A stretch of 64,000 nt of DNA from Flectonema sp. DT1601 (lineage: Eukaryota), in contig OZ025799.1 in NCBI GenBank assembly GCA_964019425.1, forward strand, positions 372,001 through 436,000, written 5' to 3'. Made by a program: the position numbers and the translations under genes. Positions 32,704 through 46,556 of this stretch are shown here, piece after piece. The notes under the pieces were generated by a model. That model had not been told where the DNA came from, did not search any database, and was given only the letters and a program-made list of their open reading frames with translations. How positions within the stretch are numbered: position 1 is the first letter of the stretch; each line of letters begins with the position of its first letter.

Positions 32704-33807
32704 TTAATCTTTCCAAACTAGATCTGCAGCAATAGCAAAGTGATCAGACGGATACGAAGCGCAGGGAAGGAGAGTCGAGTCGTCTAATTGACTTCTAGGA
32801 ATCGATAATATCGTTTTTGTTTCAAACAGCTGACCCATCCATATATAATCAATAACATGTTCGGCACATCCTGTGGAACGAATCTTCGCAGTCGTTGGAA
32901 GAGCCGATTCTCCCAAAGGATAAGAACTACTGAAGTCAAGAGATCGAACGAATGGAATAACAGTTGCGGGAATACCTTTCTTCTCTTCATGAGGAGCTGT
33001 ATTGAAATCACCCAATAAGATCACATTGGAATTAGTATCAGATAACAGATTATTAGAATCGCTGAGGATGTGTTTTATTTGTGAAAGTCGAATGTTTTCC
33101 TCCTCGATTCCCATTTTCGCTTTTAAATGTGTTCCGATCACAATAATCTCTCGACTGTTTTCCAAACAACTCAATTTAACAGCAACTGCACAACAGTTTT
33201 TCCGATTTCCATTGTCTGGATTAATAAAATTATTTGTTAGGAACGGTTTTGATTTCAACTCAAACTTTGATTCCTTCCAAAAGATAGCAACACCATCACT
33301 GTAGTACCCAAACCTTGTACAAGGTGAGTCAGCTTTAGGTTGGAAGGCACCAGTGTAGCCAAATGACTTCATCGCTGGTACAAAAAAATCAATCCGATCA
33401 ATCTCTTCTAAAGAAACAACGTCAGGATCAGTTCGTATTATTTCTTCAAGAAGATAATAACAACGACGTTCAAAGTTGAAAATATTACTTTTATTTGGAA
33501 CAGCTATGAATCCTCCGTAATCTGATTCAGTGATCGAATCAAACGGAGGAGTGCGTTCACCAGAAGACAATCCCTCGGCCAGCAGATTAAATTGCATAAC
33601 TCTTAGAGAGTGTTTTGATTGGCTTTCTGGGTTTAATGTATTCCACTCTCTGTTTAATAATTTGCTGTTATCTTCTTGACGAAGTTGGTTTATCTTTTGT
33701 TTTAATTGTTCCTTTGAATGTATTTCAGTAGTTACTGGTGGAATTTTCACAATGCTGTCAGGTGGAGAACTTCCCACGATAAGCGTTTCAATCGGGTGTT
33801 TATTCAT
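32704..33807 (-). CDS. Nocturnin-like CCR4/EEP-family phosphatase
   Basis: RVMQFNLLA, LEEI...PDVVSLEEID, DGVAIF, THLKAK, GDFN, IDYI and YPSDH motifs. The start could be 33807 or 33867. Confidence 0.85.
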   Translation of the reverse strand: MNKHPIETLIVGSSPPDSIVKIPPVTTEIHSKEQLKQKINQLRQEDNSKLLNREWNTLNPESQSKHSLRVMQFNLLAEGLSSGERTPPFDSITESDYGGFIAVPNKSNIFNFERRCYYLLEEIIRTDPDVVSLEEIDRIDFFVPAMKSFGYTGAFQPKADSPCTRFGYYSDGVAIFWKESKFELKSKPFLTNNFINPDNGNRKNCCAVAVKLSCLENSREIIVIGTHLKAKMGIEEENIRLSQIKHILSDSNNLLSDTNSNVILLGDFNTAPHEEKKGIPATVIPFVRSLDFSSSYPLGESALPTTAKIRSTGCAEHVIDYIWMGQLFETKTILSIPRSQLDDSTLLPCASYPSDHFAIAADLVWKD

Positions 33808-34528
33808 TTGTTGTTGAAAAAAAGAAATAAGCGTGTCTTGAGAGATGAAAGTATTGTTGATTATCATCGGGGTTAATATTAATATTATTCACACATCGAA
33901 AAATACAAAACAGAACAAAGAACACAAGGCCTAGGAAGAAGGGTAAACAGAGCGCCTTATACAACGTGGTTAAGCTCTAAGCACCACTTCAGCACACAAG
34001 AAACTTTTAGTTTTTTTTATTAAAAAAGAAAATTATAATAGTACATAAAATAGTGGTACGTTTTTTTTTTTTTTTTTATCTCTTTTATGTTTTGTATGTG
34101 TGTCCGCACAAGAGGGGAATGCATATTCGTACTCATAAACCATATAGATGCACACTGTTACTACAAGTGTACACATCTTTTTTTTTTTTTTTTTTTTTTC
34201 CATCTCCAACCTAAATAGGTTTTTAGTTAACATAGACACCAGTAGTTAAATAACAACAAAGTTACAATAGTATTTAAAAATAAAAAATAAAAAATTAAGA
34301 AGTGATTGTGCTCATTAAAAAAAAAAAAGAGAAGAGAGTAAACAATCGTCTATGTATTCTAGTAGAAAAAAAGAAGAAAAAAAAAAGGAAAATTTAGATA
34401 ACAAAAAAATCGCTGAATTTGATGGCGTGCATCACAGACGATATCCTACATGAGATAAAACAGTAGTCAACAGTAAGAAATAACGCTCGCGCTGTCATAA
34501 GAAACTCCGAGTTAATAATAAAAGTTTG

Positions 34529-35766
34529 CTAACGGTGTTGCCGTCCTCTTGGACTCGGTTGTCGGATACTTTGCTGTTGTTTGTTTATTTATTTATTTTT
34601 CAATTCTATAAACTAAAAAATAAATTAAAGATAAATAAATTACATACTTCACACACTTTAAACCCACGTTCCAACGCAGCTACCCTTCTCTCAAGATCAG
34701 AATCACCTGTGCTAGTACTAACAGGTACAGGAGTTATACTAACAGGAGAGTAACTAGCTGTTGCCGATAACGGTGTCGCATATGTCGGTGAATAAGAAGT
34801 ATAACGAGGAGAAGCTGTCACATAACCAGGGCTATGACTTTGAGTATAAGACCCTAGTTGATACGGAGTAGGAGAGAATTGTTGTACCGGTGTTGGAGAG
34901 AACTTCGGTACTGGTGTTGGAGAATACTGAGATGATGTACTTCCCTGTTGACCTGGAGTGTAGTACGTTGATCTCGGACTACCAACTCCTGCTGGTGACC
35001 CAGATATAAGAACACCTGGAGAAGTAGAAAAACGATTAGGAGACGCTGAATATTGACTTACCTTACCACTTGTCATCTCGCGATGACGTGCTTTTGCCCG
35101 TCTTAACTTTTCTTCGAGATCTGCCTTTCCCTCTTGAGTTTTATAAGAATCTTGTCTAGAAGATGAATACACAAACAGATCTGATGGGATTCCTTGAGGA
35201 GACATATTACCATAATCATCACTTTGATGATGGGTGTTGGGTTGATCTACAAATAAATTATCAACTCCTTCACTAGCATATGTCTCTTGTTGAAAGTTAT
35301 TATTATTATTATTATTATTATTAGGTTGTTGTTCATAATATTCTTCATGTTGATATCCAGGTTGTGAGTAGTTGTTATCGATAGGCTGCTGATATTCATC
35401 ACGATTCTCTCTAGCCTTGACATCGAAATCACGATGTTCCCTACCAGCTCCTTCATTTTCCAACCAAAAGTCAACAGATCCTCTGTATTTAGTATCACCA
35501 TTTGCAAAATCTTGTTCGCATACGACGTGGGGGTTTTTCCTCTCCCAACCAGATACGAATTCCTTCAAAAACAACTGATTTATTAAAATACCTTCTCTTA
35601 TATTAGGACAATCAACGTGATAATGCGGTGCCCTCATCGCTCCTGGATACACTCTAGAAGCCTCCAACAACTCTTTCCACAGCTTACTATCTGCTGGGAA
35701 TGAGTATAGCTTTGATAAAGGATCATTAGGATCAGCGGGTACTTCTTTCTTTGCTTTGTTGTTCAT
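34529..35766 (-). CDS. Hypothetical low-complexity protein with (Y/F)SPT repeats, 2 exons (35766-34648, 34573-34529)
   Basis: 386-aa ORF, with a phase-0 GTATGT...CAACAG intron leading to a short terminal exon QSIRQPSPRGRQHR*. Confidence 0.6.
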
Positions 35767-38700
35767 ATTAATATCAGAGTGATCTCTACTTGTACAACCC
35801 TGTGAGTAATTGAAAAGATATATAAATAACTATGTTTATGACTTCCAAGTGTGGTCAGAAGCACTCTCACAACTCGCGACATTTGTCTTCGTTGGTTGAA
35901 AGAATAATTAAGAAACGCTTCACACAAAAATACAAATATACTTCACCCACTGAAGAGACTCATAAAAAAAAAGGGATTTGGGAAAGGGGTGATTTGGGTA
36001 GGGAAAGTAGTAAGAAATACGAGATGCACACTTGGGTGCCTCTCTCTGTTCACTTGGGGTGAAGTTCCTTGAAAAGGTGGATTTTCGTTGCGTTATTTTT
36101 TTGCTTGCTAACACTTCTAAAAGATGTATTTGAAAAAGAGAATTCTTCGATTGATAACAATCCTTTTCAATGACACACACACACCTGTGACTTTAGAACG
36201 ACGATAAGTTTTGTCAAGAGAGTGTACTCAACACTTAGGAGCTATAACATTAAGTGCCGAGTTATCTTTCTAGTTGGCAGGGGTTGTTACATTCCAAGAT
36301 TCTCAACGAAAGCAACAACAACAACAAGACAGTACAAGTCCTATTTAGTTATTAAAATTAATAATAAGTACAGCAAGGCCAAAATGATAGAGATATATAC
36401 GAAATCATCTCTCGAAAACGATCGATATAAACAAAAACCAGACCACGAAGTCAAGCTCTGGGAAGAGACTCGGGCGATGCAATGAAGCATCGAACATAGA
36501 CGCAATGGGAATGGGTCACAGAATGTAATTGTTTACTATATAACAGATACAACCAGCAAGAGGGATTGGGTGGGAGGAATGTAAAAATCTACGCCCAACA
36601 AAAAACCTCTTTTGGTTGGTGTCTTAAAGTAGGTGCTGATGTATCACTGATGTATACAGAAATCATAGAATAGTAGTCACTTGGGAAGGTACCTTCCAAT
36701 AGTGTACTACGAAAAAAAAAAAAGAAAGGGGGAAAAAAAAAAAGGAAAGGCATAATTGTAAAGACCGCTATCAAAGGTTTCGCAACACCAACAACAACAC
36801 CAACAACAGTGAGAGAGATAACGACCGACCGTGAGAACATCTACAGCACGGAATCCCCCTTGATAGCTAAGCGTCTTTGTAGTAGTTTCCTATGTCCACC
36901 TGACTATTAGGTTAACCACTTCTTCATTCTGCTTTTAAAAATAATTCATGGAAGCAATTGATAAAAATTGCATTTAAAGGAAACGGAAAAAGATAGAAAA
37001 AGTGTTTGCGCAAACTACATGGATGATGCTACTGCTATTGTAATCAACATCTCAACAGATTAAAAGAGACTAAGATTTCAATCAGAACAAGCGACAAGCA
37101 AAAACAGTTTCCAATTTTTCTTATTACCAAAACCTTCAGGGAAAAAAAAAAAAAAAAGAAAGAAAAAAAAAGAAAATCAACTCTTTCGAGGTGAGTATTA
37201 GATTAATGGGGGAATTCAGTATGTTCTTTTGTTCAGAAAACACTTTACTAATAATGTAAGAAATACTTCTTTTATCTTTAAGCGACGTGTGGAGTAGGAT
37301 GGGAAAAAGAAAAGAAACCGAACTCATTCCAAGAAATGGTGATGTTTGTTTAGTTTGAGAGAATATCAAAAATGATGCAGTAGTTTTGTTATTCAATGCA
37401 ATCCATTGCTTGTTGGATTTTTCAACAAAAAAAAAAAAAAAAAAAAAAAAATGAAAAATAACTTTCTCAACGAAGAGAGTTTTTTTCTTTTTTTTTTTTT
37501 TTTAAAAATCCCTTTAACACATTTCCCCATCTTCGGAATGGGTCCTGAAAATAATTAGTGAAAAGAAAAAAAAAAACGATACTTTAAAAAAAAGAAAAAG
37601 GTTCTGATGAAAAAAGAAACTTTTATTAATTCCCTTTCACCAACCTCACCGTTAAATTACGTGCGACCATGTTAGCCAGATCTGTTCATATGGTGCACTA
37701 ACAGTTTTTATACACGCTGTAACACGAAAGTTCAGATCATCGTTGTGTCTGTATTGTGTATATTCGCTATTGTGTAACAGCGCAATCTAGTTACCAGACT
37801 CTGCCAACGACTAAACTTAATTGTGATTAACAACATAAAGTTAAGGGGGCTGCGAATGTCTTAGCCAAGCCTTTTTTTTTTTTTTTATATTATTATATTC
37901 TTATAAAATCCGGTATACCTCTTCAGAAAACCGATTATAACCAAACGACTGCCTTGTTAGTAGCAACGCAGCAATAAAAGTCAACTAAAGGGACAGAAAG
38001 TGACTCGGGGAAGAAACTGGGGATTCAGCGCAACGGATAACGCACTTTCTCGCATGTAAGTTCCTATTTTTTTTATTTATGGTCTGTCTGATTTATTAAA
38101 AGGATTAAAGGAAGCAAGAATAATGAAAGGACAGCTGATTGATATTAAATATATAGCTAAAACTGATTGTCTTGTGCGTGTAGAGAACGGATCTCACAGA
38201 CAATTTCCTTATTTCCAATCGATTTTTTCCGTATCAATTATCAAATGAGAAGAAGAAAGGTTGACAGGTTCAACAGAATAATTAAATCAATCGCGATGAC
38301 GAAATAAATAAAAAAAGAAAGGAAAAAGAAAAAAATAAAAGAACGAAAGAAACAAACAAAAGTCAGTGTCTTTTTCCATCCGAAACAAAAAACTAATCTG
38401 CACCGAAGGCAGATCGCTTTGGTTCAGTTTGACACGTCCTGAGAATATAGCCACAGGTCACTTAGCCTGTTCAAGGAAATTATGATGAAATTCAACGAGA
38501 CACTGCCTTGTCCCTAGTTTAGGGATTGCCTGTTCAGTGTCTCTCGGTCATCAAGTCTGATTAAAAAGAATTTGACATAATAACGTAACGATCACAGAAT
38601 TAAATAGAAATAAGAATAAGATACAACAACCATCTCAAAATCGTACCCTTCGTTAGCTAAATCATCCCTTTTGCTAAACTTCTCAGCAAAGGGATGGACG

Positions 38701-41700
38701 GAGTGAACGTGCCTTCCACGCAGTGTTTTTTCTTTTTACAAAGAGAACAACACAGATCTGAAGAGTACTCCTCCTTGCACGTTGCTAAAGCTCTCTACAA
38801 AGGAAAGAATGACGGTATGATATCAGTTTCTTCTTTCTGGAGAAAACTAATGAACGAATTTTCCAGTTCTTGTTTTTTTTTTCATTTACAGAGAAATGCT
38901 TTTACCTTTTTAATGTTCTCAAAGGGTTTGTCGGTTCGAGAATAAGAATTTTCAAAATATAAAAAAAAAAATGGAGTCCGGTGTACGCAGCTCGTACAAG
39001 AAGGGGGATGATCATACTGACAAACACGATAAAACGCTACAACACAACACACTTGAATATTGTTAATAATCAGAGGATTCTCTGTTATTTCAATCCGAGC
39101 CTGCAAACGGAAAAAACTACCAAAAATATAAGTTTTTGGATTTCGTAAGCACTGCTCTCACACGCTAAAATATGATTTTTTTTTTTTATAAACTAAGCGA
39201 GTCACTAGGCTCATGACCTCTGTTTCCTCAAGCAATGCTGCTTTTTACACCGGACGCAGAAAAAGTAAGAATCAAGAAAAAGAACGGGGAATAGGGAATA
39301 AAAACCTTGTCATTAGCAAGCAGAACAATCCATAAGCAAGCAATCGTTTTTTTTTTTTTTGAAAAGCTAGGAGAGCAATAAGAGATTGCTCTCCCAGCTT
39401 TGATTGCGAACAGCAACACAGCCAGAGATACATGACTCAGTTTTTGATGAAGGGAACTAAGTAAGGCCAAGAAAGAGAGTTGGGGGGAGAGCAGGGGTTT
39501 TTAAACTGTTAGCTGACATTGACAAAAAGAAAATTAAAAAAGAAAATGTGGGGAAAGTCGACGCTCCGAAAAAATTAATTTTCTAAAACACCATTCACAA
39601 TGGAGGAGAATAATAATAAGAAATAAAAACAAAAAAAAAAGGGGAAATAGGGAAACCACTGTTCTCACACAGTGATTATAATAATAAAAAAAGAAAAAGA
39701 AAAAGAGTATGTATAAAAGATAATAATTTGTTTTGTTTTGTTTTGCTTTGTTTGTTTTTTTTGTTTTTTTGTTTTTTTTTTAACAAGGAAAAAGACTTTT
39801 AATAAGGTTCTTTATTACTTATGGGTCAGCTATTCATTCCAACGTTAGGGAGTTCCAACACACTCGAGGAGAACCGGGTTTTTCTTCGAGGATTCCCAAT
39901 GCGTTGTTTGCATTATATGAGTATTTGAGTAAAAAATGACCACCAATTACAATTATTCTAAAGTCAATAAATACCTTGCAAAAAAAAAAAAAAAAAAAAA
40001 AAAAAGTATAACATAACAGAATTTGAAAAAAAACGTATAGAAAGGCTTACTCAAAACAGACTTATTCATTATTATTATTATTATTTCTTTTTTAATCATT
40101 TTTTTAAACACGTTGGACAATTCGATTCGGTTGAACAGCTGTCACAAGTTACCAACGTATAATTTATAATCAAAAAGGTTAACCACAGCTAATATTCATA
40201 GCGTGTGAAAAATAACTTTTAAGTAGAAAGATAAGGATGGAACAAAAAGTGCCTTTATGATTGAGCAAATAATAGCCTTTTAAACGATAATGAGGATTCT
40301 CACATAATAGAATTTATCTAATTTGTTACTGTGAAGAGTTGAAATGGACGGAAACAAAAGAGATCAAAGGAAAAAAAAAGAAAGAAAAAAAAAACTAAAA
40401 ATCTTTTTTCTAAAGGCAAGCAACACTGATAACGAAGGTTCTGATATTTATATAGTAGCGAAGCTTGAAAAAAAAATTCTGCTTTTTTTTTATTTTTTAT
40501 TTTTTTTAATACAACTTTTTTTAAACAGATAGTACTCCTACTACCACTAGCCTAAAAAAAAACTTACCTACTAGGTTAGTTTTTTTTTTTTTTTTTTTTT
40601 TGTTCTTTTTTTTTTTTTTTTTTTTTTTTTCCGTCGTTTATTTTACCGGACAGATTCCCAAAAAATATTTTATACATCGTGGGAATGATCCTTGTGGACA
40701 AGAGAGGAAGTATTCAGGTACCAGTAAGCTTGAAACTAACTATCTCATAACCGCATGAGAAAAGAAAAGAAAAAAATCCAAGCAATAAAAAAATAATAGA
40801 GAGGTAGTATATGAGTTTGTTTGTTTGTTTTTTTTTGTTCAGGAATACAAATTTATACGTAAAAAAAAAAAAAAAAAAAAAAAAAAGAAGGAAAAAATAT
40901 AGATTTAATATGAAAAAACAAAAATGGAGGGGAGAGAAAGAAAAAACGGCCACTAAAGCTAGTATCATTAATTAAAGCTAGTTAGTTGGTAAGGCCTTAT
41001 AAACAGATAAGAATAAAGGGGGAAAAAAAAAAAGGAAATTAACTTTTGCTATTTAAGTCATTTTTTTTTTTTCTCTCAATCTAGTTTGCTTCTGAACTAG
41101 TTGAGTAGTAGCTCAAACAAAACCGGGTAGCTCTTCAAGGAGACAAAACCCATTCGCAGTCAAAGACGGAGGTAACCGCGCTATATGAAAAAAAACTTGC
41201 TATAAAGTAAAGCAGTACAGGGAAAGAAACATGTAAGTATTTATACAAAACATCTATGAGAGGAGACTCTATGCCTTACAGCGGGTTCGCTGTTTTTTTT
41301 AAAAAGGCTTTTGATTCCCCGTCTCGAAAGTCGGTTTATGCAGAAAAGGACGTTGCAGGCTCAAATAATAATTAAATTAGGTAAGCGTCGCCTTGCAAAA
41401 AAAAAGGTTGTGTAACAATATTAAAAAAAAAGAGAGAAATTATATACAATTTGCTACTACATACTGTTACTGGGGGAACACCACTGTTATGAAATGTTCA
41501 GATTATGTTTTGACAGCGGGTTGCTTTGTCTGATCCATAGCCCCTTCTCTTCTATTCACGTCATACTACCAAAGAGTAAAGCATAGGTTAGTTCGGTTGG
41601 TTAGATTGACCGCAAACGGTCGATTATCCGATTCGTTCTTTTTTTTTTTTTCTTTTATTTATTTTTTTTTTTTTTTTCTCCCAAACAACTACAACAACGT

Positions 41701-41757
41701 TTTTCACATCTAAATTACAACACACTATAATAACCTTAATTTTTTTGTACGAAAACT

Positions 41758-42105
41758 AAAGTAGTTTGCAGGTTTCATCGATACACTAAAAAAAAATATA
41801 ATTTTATGACATGGCTAGTTAGTTAGTTAGTTAGTTAGTTATTTAATCCAACGTTACTGTATATTATGAGTGCTAGGTAACTCACAGTAACAGAGGACCC
41901 AATCCGTAGCCATATCCGAAGATTTCGCATGGATTGTTGAAGTAGCATCGACTGAAAGATTAATAAATACCAATCTCCAGCTTTCCGCCTCGCCTAGCTT
42001 ATTAAACTATCGAACTAAAATAAAATAAAAGTAGTTTGCAGGTTTTATCGATACACTAAAAAAAAATATAATTTTATGACATGGCTAGTTATTTAATCCA
42101 ACGTT
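41758..42105. repeat. Local duplication of about 80 bp (41758-41854 and 42028-42105)
   Basis: aaagtagtttgcaggtttYatcgatacactaaaaaaaaatataattttatgacatggctagtt...atttaatccaacgtt occurs twice. The first copy carries a (TAGT)n expansion. Confidence 0.9.
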
Positions 42106-43411
42106 GCCGTATAATAAGTATACCAATCTGAGGCTAGGCTATTGTATAAAAAAGATTAAAAAAGAAACGTCAACGCGTAGCAGGAGTACCACAAAAAAAA
42201 AAAAAAAAAAGAAATATTTCATCTTTCAGTAGTGTCATTTGCTAACAAATTATGAAGCTGGATTCAACTGAAGAAGTAGAAAAAAAAAGTTTAAAAACGT
42301 ATATTTTAAAAGAGAATTCTAAAAAAATAAAAAAAGAACAGATCATGTCATCTGCAATCAAGGAGAGACATGCTATTCATGGAAAGAAATTCAAGCCCCC
42401 TGAAGGTGTAGTTTGTCACGTAAGCTTTAAATCAGCTTTGATCAATAAAAATAGTGACAAGGTGACGAATTAAGAATAATAATAAAAGGAATGAGTTAAT
42501 CGGCGAATACAAAATGTGTATAATAAAACAATGCAGCCGATTCAAAAAAAAAGAATGTAAAAAAAAAGTCTCTCAAGCGGCGTATTCTTTTAGGAAACAG
42601 TTATCAACTTCATTGATTTCAAACTGCCAACTGCTTGCAAGAGATAGTACAGGGTTGGAGGTAGGGTGGGACTGCAGTTTGCTATTTAATAAAATTCGTG
42701 TCATTGTAGCAGCAAATTCATCCCGAAAGTAGCTGCCTGTCCCTCAAAACAGAGACGATCCCGGCACAGTCAATCCGTGCTTGTCGACCGCAATGGTAGA
42801 ACACCCGCGGCGAAGGTGGCAGCTTCGGTGAAGGGACGTATTGTCCTCTGCAATCTAGTTTACAGTGATGATTCCGTCGCAAATCTGAAGTGAAGCATGT
42901 CGCCTGCCTTCAAAGGAGGAAAAGATTAACGTGCCGCAAACTAGTTTCGATTGGACTGTCGCTGTGTTCGCATTGCCAGAAGTCGCAAAATGGCGGCAAT
43001 CTTACGAGAAGCGATCAGTACCACTTGTAAACCAATTGCTAGTCAACGTATTAACCAAATCCTCGTGAAGCACGTGACGTGAACTTGTTTTCTTAAAGAA
43101 CCGACGTGTCAACCGCAAATTGCGGTGAAAATAGCGGTCTTTTTTTATCCTTGAACAGTATGGATGTTTAAAATGGCATAAAAATTCGCAAAAGCACTTC
43201 AACAACAGTGCTCGACTCGCGCTGCCGGTCAACCGTAAGAAGCCGACGGTGACGGTGGCAGATTCGGGACAACGCCCAAACAAAGGAAAGCTGATATCGT
43301 GTAAAAAGAAGAAAAAATTAATTAGAGGTGTGGGGGGGGTAAATTGACACTGTATGTATTAACAAGCTCAAGGGGGAATCAACTTTGTCCGCCACAACAT
43401 TTGAATCACTC

Positions 43412-43442
<31 letters not shown>

Positions 43443-45640
43443 TTTTTTTACCCCCTCCCTTATCAGTTCGGTAATCAACCAAACGAAAAGGGAAAATACA
43501 TTATAAATACTTAAAACTCTAGGGGAAATAAATTATTCCAACTGCGAGGGGAAAAAAAAAAAAAAAAAAAAAAAAAAAGGCGGAAAAAGACACTACGTTA
43601 TGATAATAGTATAACGTAGCGGAATAAAATTATTTAGAGAGAAAGAAACAAAAAGAGCTGTTGTCATTACTTTAAGAAACTTCTTCTTATAAGATATGAA
43701 TTTATGTCAAGCGATTTAAGAAATAAAAAAAAAAGAACACCATTGAAGAGTACAGCTGCCGGTTATGATTTCTTAGGAAACTTCTTCCTTGTTAGTAAGA
43801 ATAAATTAAAAACGAAATAATAAAAATAAAAATAATAAAAAAAAAACCGATATTGCAGTGTAACAAAAAAATGATGCTCCGAATAGGCTTAGTTATTATA
43901 AGAAAAAAATAAAGAAAAAAGGGAATAAAAAAAAGGTCAAGGATAACAAGTGAAAAATTGAAAGGGGGGAGGAAAAAAAAAAAGGGGGAAAAAATAATGA
44001 AAAAAAAAAAAAAAAAAAACATTCCACTTTAAGGGAATACGCTTTTTTTTTTTTTTTTTTTTTTTTTTCTTCACTTTTTTTGGAGCACGGTGGTACCAGA
44101 AGAAACGGAGAAATGAATAGCGTAAACGACTAAATTATTTCAATCTTTTTTGTCAGTCAACTAAAGTACTGGGTGGGGGAATGGGGAGGGGAACGATTTT
44201 TTAACCAAAAACCCCCTCATGAAGTAGCCACGAAGGTATTCACTCCATGTCGTAAGGCTAAAAGTTCTCTGATTGGTGTTTTCGATAATTATTTTTCTCT
44301 GATTCTTTTATTTCAAGGTGGGCAATTCTATCTTCGTTATTTTTTTTTTTTCTGTTTTCGGTAAAATGAAGAAAACAAAAACAAAAAAAAAAAATTAAAA
44401 AATTAAAAAAAACGAAGAAGATCATCTGGTTAGTACACCACACAATTCCAAAACCTACCTCGAAACGGTAGATCGAATTGCTTGAGAAGGAAGAAGAAAA
44501 AAAAAATGAGAAATAAAAATACGAACAAAATTATCTTTTTTTTTCGTTGTTTTTGTAAAGTAGATTTCAAGTGTGGTCCTTCTTTACTAAATTAAGAATA
44601 TTAGAAAAGAAGGGTTTTTTTGTATCAATTTTTTTTTTCTTTTTTTAGAACCAAACGCTAAAGAATGGCCAGCTCCGAAAGAAGGCAAAAAAAAAAAAAA
44701 CAAAAAAAAAAAAAATAACAAACTGAAAATCCCTTTGAAAAAGCATTTCACGGGGCTTGAGCGACTGTCAGGGTAGACACAAGGCGATTCAGGTCCTACC
44801 CAGTCACTTTACCCAGTTATATAAATTAACCTGAGACAGCATTCAGACAGCAGGCATCTTCGGCATTTCCAGGGAACTAAAGAGCAAGGAATCTTACTGT
44901 GGCATATCAATAAAGACACGACGTTGAGCAGTAATTATCCTTTTTTTTTTTTTTTTTTTTTTTTAAGACAGAAAAAAGTTGGTCAAATATTCTAACAAGA
45001 GGAGAATATCAATTTCCATTCAAGATAGAATAGCTATAGTAAAGAGGGGATAAGGATAAAGGAAGGTTCTCTTTTTTTTTTTTTTTTTTTTTTATATTTC
45101 GTTTTTACACCTCTCTGACTAATCAGCAGGCTCCGAGAACAATTCAAAAAAAAAAAAGAAAGTAACTTGACAAGCCGCAGATCGGTTGCTTGTTATTACG
45201 CGTCCCTTTTTTTTTTTTTTTCTGCTATAGAGGAGTCCTCACAACGGATAATCACCGTTGCTGACTACAACAACAAAGCTCATCAATAAATTTATTCGTT
45301 TATTTTTTTTATTATTATTAATATTTCTCTTTTTTTTTTTTTTTTTTTTTTTTCTTCACTTCTTTTTCTTTTTTTTGTTTTTTTTTTTTTCTTGTTCCAG
45401 AGAAGGAGCAAAAAACGTGGAGGAAAAAAAGGCATCTGGTCGTGCAGAAACAAGAACGGACAAGGAAAAATTAACGAGCATTCAGCTTCACCAAAAAAAC
45501 CAATTAAAAAAAAGGAATTGGGTGGTTATGCCTGCTCTATAATTTCATCGGAAAAAAAATAAAAAATAAATATCATAATTTCAATAACAAAAAATAAATT
45601 AAATTTAACGCTAACAGAACAGAATCAAAGTTGCTTGTAC

Positions 45641-46156
45641 CTAATGCTGAAGGGAATTCTTCCACATACGGTGTTGACGAAATTGCTTGAAGTACTTCTG
45701 GTAGGTAGAAGTTTCGATATGTGTGTTCCATTCTAAGTCATTTAGGCAGCTTCTCTCTAAATGGTTCAATTCTGAATGAGCTACACCACCAACAGTTGCA
45801 TAATGACTGTTAGCGTGTACCCTGTCATGTCTCCACTTAGTGGCCAATACCAAACATGATAATAATAACCTGTGAGCGTTAGTTTTTGTTATTGCCATTT
45901 TCTTTCCTGTACAAAGCCTATCGATGTATATTACAGCCATTATAACTACTTCTGAGTCACAGCCTGAGTACTGAACCCATCTCTCAAGGTATCCCTTAAG
46001 GCTTACGTTTGGAGCTTTTACACCGTCGTATGCTGTTTTTACTTTACCGCTTTCAGATCCTTTTCTAACGACATCCTCCAATATACAAGAAACAACATCG
46101 ATCATAGGGGATCCTCTGACCACAGTTGATGTTGATGATGAAATACCCTTACACAT
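45641..46156 (-). CDS. PHO80/U-type cyclin
   Basis: PNVSLKGYLERW..Y, AVIYIDRL, NAHRLLL..LVLATK..D, N..YA.VGGV...ELN.LE motifs of the cyclin box. Confidence 0.9.
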   Translation of the reverse strand: MCKGISSSTSTVVRGSPMIDVVSCILEDVVRKGSESGKVKTAYDGVKAPNVSLKGYLERWVQYSGCDSEVVIMAVIYIDRLCTGKKMAITKTNAHRLLLSCLVLATKWRHDRVHANSHYATVGGVAHSELNHLERSCLNDLEWNTHIETSTYQKYFKQFRQHRMWKNSLQH

Positions 46157-46254
46157 TTTGTTAAAGTTTGTGTTTTTTTTTTTGTTTTTTTAAAACTTGT
46201 TCACTGATAAGAGCAAAAAAGAAATGATGAAGTACAATAATAATTAAAACGTCA

Positions 46255-46556
46255 GAAGGTTCTGCTGTCTTAACCATCTGTCTTTAACCTGCTAAGAAAC
46301 TATTAATAATAAAGAATCTGAACACCATGATAGAATACAATAAATGAAATAGGAACCCATCAACTAATTGAATCGATAAGCTGACTGTTTCCAATCCTCA
46401 GTTCAGTTAGTCAGGTTACTGTGATACTCTTTCAATTGAACTATCAAGAGTGTTAGTGATAAGAGTTAATAAAATAACTTACGTCACAACTGAAGTATGT
46501 GTTTAGAAGGACAACCAACGAAAACAACAGCACAGGTCCTATTCATATCGGCAAGG
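46255..46556 (-). repeat. 300-bp block downstream of GPx copy 1, duplicated at 48043-48345
   Basis: Near-identical to 48043-48345 with only scattered substitutions. Confidence 0.92.

Noticed and set aside
35832..45542. Many short Phe- or Lys-rich ORFs
   Set aside because: They are translations of poly-T and poly-A tracts with no motifs.
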